From Orbicella franksi (lineage: Eukaryota): 64,000 nt of DNA. Where the stretch lies: the NCBI GenBank assembly GCA_964199315.1, contig OZ116705.1:27280001-27344000 (forward strand), written 5' to 3'. Below the pieces are notes generated by a model. The model was given only the letters and a program-made list of their open reading frames with translations, searched no databases and was not told the origin of the DNA. A program made the position numbers and the translations under genes. Shown one piece after another: positions 63,320 through 64,000 of the stretch. Each line of letters opens with the position of its first letter. Positions within the stretch are counted from its first letter, which is position 1.

Positions 63320-64000
63320 ACTTACAGTTGTAGAAGCTACCATACAAGAGCTGATTTTAGTTCTTGGTACAATCAGCTGACTCACATGTAGCATGACCAG
63401 CACATTTTGGTTCTCATTACTTAGTTTTGTTTGTAAAATGACGATATTATCTACTAAAAGAACTTGCAGGTGTGTTTTGGACACCCTTAGCACCTTCCTT
63501 GGCAATGTTTGTGTGTATTACATTAGGTGTGAAGTACAAAGAAACGCAAAATGAATGAGACCATGAGACTTGTACTTTATGTAACCCAAACTAGGTTTCC
63601 ATGACTTACACACTGCCTATTTATGGTGCAAAGGCTAGCTGGGAATCAGTAGATGGAAGAAAACTGACCATTCAATGGTCACTTAAGTAGCAATAAAAAG
63701 TCAGAAGCTTTCGTGTACAAAAACAATGGCAACGACTGGTAGGATAAGATAGAGCACCAATTTAAACAATTAACTTTGCTCTAACAATTCTACTGTCAAA
63801 TCAAGTTGGAAAAAGACAGGTTCAGAGACAAACTCCATTATCTGCAGTGAAGAAGTTATAAGAAGTTTCCAACAAAAACATATCATGTTTAGAGGTCCAA
63901 ACTGGAATAAAATACTGGGCACGGCCTCACAGTGGGACATCGACAGGCCCTGTTAGGGGTTTTCAGGATCAAGATATTTAGGTAAAAAAAAAATAACGGG

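Overview
Eukaryotic, intron-rich, repeat-rich genomic DNA. The gene and repeat families suggest a cnidarian, probably a stony coral (inference). About 51 kb of the window is a tandem segmental duplication: copy 1 runs from before base 1 to ~24186 and copy 2 from ~24187 to ~50960. The copies differ by roughly 1% overall, but very unevenly. Each unit holds (i) two head-to-head paralogous secreted genes with signal peptide, PAN/apple, EGF and a fibrinogen/intelectin-like C-terminus, plus an orphan exon of a third paralog; (ii) a 2.7-2.8 kb CACT-ended element with inverted 55-bp palindromic arrays and a spliced Tudor-like ORF; (iii) a complete 7-exon, 936-aa NMDA-type ionotropic glutamate receptor subunit with unusual pore, gate and ligand-pocket residues. 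The duplication junction cuts off the terminal exon of the minus-strand PAN gene in copy 2. Copy 2 also carries a 1.2-kb foldback Tc1/mariner-type insertion and a 256-N assembly gap. The last 12 kb hold the 3' half of a BK/Slo1 (KCNMA1) channel gene on the minus strand, tail-to-tail with the receptor. Gene models were built by hand from splice sites, exon phase and family motifs; no database searches were run.
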